DNA of 38,867 nucleotides from a virus (taxonomy: Duplodnaviria > Caudoviricetes): positions 1 through 38,867 of the IMG/VR virus record IMGVR_UViG_3300049982_000331. One strand, given 5' to 3'. A program made the translations under genes and the position numbers. Below, piece by piece: positions 36,208-38,867 of the stretch; the stretch's first letter is position 1, and each line of letters opens with the position of its first letter. Under the pieces are notes generated by a model, which searched no databases, was not told the DNA's origin, and saw only the letters and a program-made list of their open reading frames with translations.

Positions 36208-36456
36208 TTATGCTTCAGAGGAAGCAACAGGCTTCGCCCTTAAAACTTCCTTTGCTGTGGATAAAATGCTTTCAGCCAATAAAAGACTTCTTATTTCTAT
36301 TACATCACCCGAAGTATACCGCTCAATTGTAGATATAGATTTATCTAATTCAGCAGCAATTTTGGTTTTGTGTTTTTGCGTCAACTCCATGGCACTCAGC
36401 TTTTTGGCGAAATCGGCTTTGTATTCTTTTACTAAATCACTATGTTTGACTTTCAT
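36208..36456 (-). CDS. Cro-like HTH regulator
   Basis: KIAAELDKSISTIERYTSG; divergent from the repressor. Confidence 0.75.
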   Translation of the reverse strand: MKVKHSDLVKEYKADFAKKLSAMELTQKHKTKIAAELDKSISTIERYTSGDVIEIRSLLLAESILSTAKEVLRAKPVASSEA

Positions 36457-36481
36457 AAATTTCTTTTCATCTTTTGTTATT

Positions 36482-36534
36482 CAAAGGTAATGCACAAAAG
36501 TGCATCAATACAAAGAAAATGCACAAAAAGTGCA
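36482..36534 (-). promoter_or_regulatory. Early lytic promoter with two operators
   Basis: Minus strand TTTG(36514-36511)-N21-TACCTTTG(36489-36482); TGCAC-N4-GTGCA 36491-36504 and TGCAC-N5-GTGCA 36520-36534. Confidence 0.8.
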
Positions 36535-36587
36535 AATTTAGAAATAATATAAAATAACGCTACTTCTTTTAATTAAAATCTAACAAA

Positions 36588-37304
36588 TTGGCTACACTCT
36601 CCGAAATATTGAGAAAAAGACGAAAGGAGTTAAACCTTACACCTGATGAGATTGCAGTTAAAATAGGGAAATCAAAGAGAACGTACTTGTATTATGAGGA
36701 AAACAGGGAGCCAAGGCACGATGTTTTGCAAAAACTTGCAAAAGTATTGCAATTCGACCCCTCAGAGATTTATGACGATGGCGCTAAACAAAATGAAGTT
36801 CAAGAGTCGCAAACAAGCTATTTACAGCATAGGCGGGGCCTAAAAGCGGTTCATATGATTGCTACAGCTCCGTTGATACCAGCAAAAGCACAAGCAGGGT
36901 ATGTAAAAGCGGTTGATCAAGAAAGGTATATGGATACGCTTGAGCAATATGCTTTGCCGCCAAACGTTGATCCTCGCGGCGCAAATTGGGCTTATTGGGA
37001 AGTGCAAGGTGATAGTATGGAGCCGGCTTTCAGAAGTGGCGATCTCATCTTAACCAGCCAGGTACATCCAATGGATTGGGAGAATTTGAGAAACTTTTAT
37101 GTATATGTCCTGGTAACTGATGAAAGAGTATTAATAAAAAGAGTTGTAGCAAAAAATACTCTTGAATGGGTTTTGATAAGTGAAAACGAAGACAATTACC
37201 CTCAGCAGCTTCTACTTGTAGAATACGTAAAACAGCTATGGGTTTTTAGAAGAAGAATTGAATCTAGTGCACCGCCTACTAAAACGTTTGAAATTAAAGT
37301 ATAA
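36588..37304 (+). CDS. CI-like repressor (XRE HTH + S24 peptidase)
   Basis: LRKRRKELNLTPDEIA...YEE..EP; AQAG cleavage site, VQGDSMEP, LIKRV. Confidence 0.93.
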   Translation: MATLSEILRKRRKELNLTPDEIAVKIGKSKRTYLYYEENREPRHDVLQKLAKVLQFDPSEIYDDGAKQNEVQESQTSYLQHRRGLKAVHMIATAPLIPAKAQAGYVKAVDQERYMDTLEQYALPPNVDPRGANWAYWEVQGDSMEPAFRSGDLILTSQVHPMDWENLRNFYVYVLVTDERVLIKRVVAKNTLEWVLISENEDNYPQQLLLVEYVKQLWVFRRRIESSAPPTKTFEIKV

Positions 37305-37687
37305 TGGGAAAGTTTTTACTGACTTTTTTGCTTTTACCGACTTTGTGTTTTGCTCAAAACAAAGGAGACAACACGATATTTGTTAAAGGGATAACTTTTG
37401 AAAAGGTAGTGAATACGCTACTCGATTCAGGTTTTACTGTCGATAAAATTGATAAAGATTTTAAAACAGTGAAAACACAATTTAAAGAACATGAAAAATA
37501 CACCTTTACTTATTATTTTGATATAAGAGTAAAAGACAGCATAGCCATAATAAAAGGTAAATGGAATAGCGGTGGGTATGTTTTTGATATCCAAAACATC
37601 AAGGGTAAAAGCGATCAGGTTATTTTTTCAAAGATGGAGACATATGCAAAGTCGTTAAAGGGAGAAATATCCTATTCGAAGCAATAA
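37304..37687 (+). CDS. Secreted/periplasmic protein co-transcribed with the repressor
   Basis: MGKFLLTFLLLPTLCFA|Q signal peptide; TAATG coupling. Confidence 0.8.
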   Translation: MGKFLLTFLLLPTLCFAQNKGDNTIFVKGITFEKVVNTLLDSGFTVDKIDKDFKTVKTQFKEHEKYTFTYYFDIRVKDSIAIIKGKWNSGGYVFDIQNIKGKSDQVIFSKMETYAKSLKGEISYSKQ

Positions 37688-37690
37688 AAA

Positions 37691-37735
37691 TGCAACAGTA
37701 TTGCAAAATTGCAATGTAATTGCAACATTGTTGCA
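37691..37735. promoter_or_regulatory. Cluster of three TGCAAY-N3-RTTGCA sites
   Basis: TGCAACAGTATTGCA 37691, TGCAATGTAATTGCA 37710, TGCAACATTGTTGCA 37721. Confidence 0.7.
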
Positions 37736-37736
37736 A

Positions 37737-38867
37737 TCAACCCAACCGGCTTAACACTTTATCATCAAGCCTTTTATTACTCATGCGAAAATACACCTTT
37801 GCCACTTCTTTAGAATCGCCTAACAGCTCAGCAGCTTCATCAAGACTGAACCCATTCTCAGCAAGCAGCATTCCAAAGCTGTGCCGGGAGGTATGCACTT
37901 TTATTTTTCGTCCTAACCCTATATTATTGGCAAGCTCTTTTACGTAATCCCGCACGTGCTGCTCACTCAAATACAAAGGCTTATCATGTATGAAATCAAG
38001 TACTTGTTGCAGCCTGGTGTGTATGATGATCGAAACAATCTGTCTATTCTTCTTTGCTCTTAAAATGATCCTGCTGCCTTTTACCCGCTCACTATAATTA
38101 AACCTTTTTAAATCGCTTATCCTGTAACCGGCATAACAACCGAGTAGAAAGTAATATCCTGCAAGCTTTCGCCCCGGTTGATCAACTACCTGCAACAGCT
38201 TGTAAAGCTTATCCATTTCAATCTCTGTGAGGTAATCAGGCAGCTTCTGTTCATAGGCTGGCATTTCATACCCTTCATACTGTTTAGCCTCAACAAGCCC
38301 CGCCTTTTTAGCATATCCCAAAATGGCGTGTACCATTTTCATTTTCGTTTGCACCGTGTTTGGCTCCATCAGCCCGTCACGACCAGGTTGTTTTCGTAAC
38401 CAGCTCTCAAACCTGTTCAACCATTTCACATCAATATCAGATAGCCTCACATCTTCATGGAACAACTCAACTTTTCTAACTAGTGTCTTTAACTGCGATA
38501 TCCTGCCCTTTGTTATTTTACCGTGCAACTCTTCTGCAAGCACATCCATATAATCGCTTAAAGTGTCAGTGCTGGCAGTTGTACCTTTAACCACTTCAGT
38601 TAATTGCTCTTTACTTAAATCTTTGTTGTGTCGCAGCACATCAAGCAATCTATTTTCTATTTCACTCTTGTATTCGGTAATCTCTGCATTGTACCGGGCT
38701 TTCAAAACATGCTTTACAACAACTCCATTAACAAAATTATCTTTTGGCACCTTTACGATTGTAGGGGCGTAAACCTTCATTCTTCTATAAATTACCTGTA
38801 TAAAGACCTTTGTTTTATCTTCATGATCTGCATAGCCTTTAACCACGGCTTTTATTGAATACGACAT
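37737..38867 (-). CDS. int: Tyrosine integrase (Bacteroidota type, arm-binding + SAM-like + catalytic domains)
   Basis: GYRISD, KK, HTSRHSFG, LLGD...AKVY. Confidence 0.94.
   Translation of the reverse strand: MSYSIKAVVKGYADHEDKTKVFIQVIYRRMKVYAPTIVKVPKDNFVNGVVVKHVLKARYNAEITEYKSEIENRLLDVLRHNKDLSKEQLTEVVKGTTASTDTLSDYMDVLAEELHGKITKGRISQLKTLVRKVELFHEDVRLSDIDVKWLNRFESWLRKQPGRDGLMEPNTVQTKMKMVHAILGYAKKAGLVEAKQYEGYEMPAYEQKLPDYLTEIEMDKLYKLLQVVDQPGRKLAGYYFLLGCYAGYRISDLKRFNYSERVKGSRIILRAKKNRQIVSIIIHTRLQQVLDFIHDKPLYLSEQHVRDYVKELANNIGLGRKIKVHTSRHSFGMLLAENGFSLDEAAELLGDSKEVAKVYFRMSNKRLDDKVLSRLG

Larger units (their letters stand above)
1..38867. mobile_element. Temperate siphovirus-like prophage/phage of a Bacteroidota host (left end truncated; att sites not seen)
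   Basis: Continuous phage gene order: integrase, repressor/cro, replication, terminase, portal, head, tail; no host housekeeping genes. Confidence 0.96.

Noticed and set aside
1664-36490. Numerous plus-strand ORFs of 60-156 aa in the ORF track
   Set aside because: They are antisense shadows of well-supported minus-strand genes and have no recognisable motifs.
37688-38867. attP/attR core
   Set aside because: No tRNA fragment or terminal direct repeat identifiable; the window ends at the integrase start codon.

Overview
The whole window is a temperate siphovirus-type (pro)phage, almost certainly of a Bacteroidota host. Evidence for the host: TTTG/TAnnTTTG promoters, AT-rich initiation regions without Shine-Dalgarno sequences, and signal peptides cleaved before Gln. 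From right to left it carries a tyrosine integrase, a secreted protein, a CI/Cro switch, early genes (KilA-N, Xis), a replication module (DUF2800 exonuclease, DUF2815 SSB, family A polymerase, two methyltransferases, VirE primase-helicase, VRR-NUC, SNF2 helicase), then terminases, portal, head, neck and tail genes. The left end is cut inside an SGNH-hydrolase gene; lysis genes and att sites are not visible. Most notable: (1) five late-module promoters share the palindrome TGCAAC-N3-GTTGCA exactly 8 bp upstream of a -7 box, with related sites at the switch, inside cI and beside int; (2) both enzymes in the tail-fibre position carry Sec signal peptides, and the major capsid protein has a 50-residue hydrophobic leader; (3) two predicted programmed frameshifts, a second tail-tube paralog, an inverted-repeat origin candidate and structured intergenic RNAs. 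All product calls come from motif recognition by eye, not database searches.
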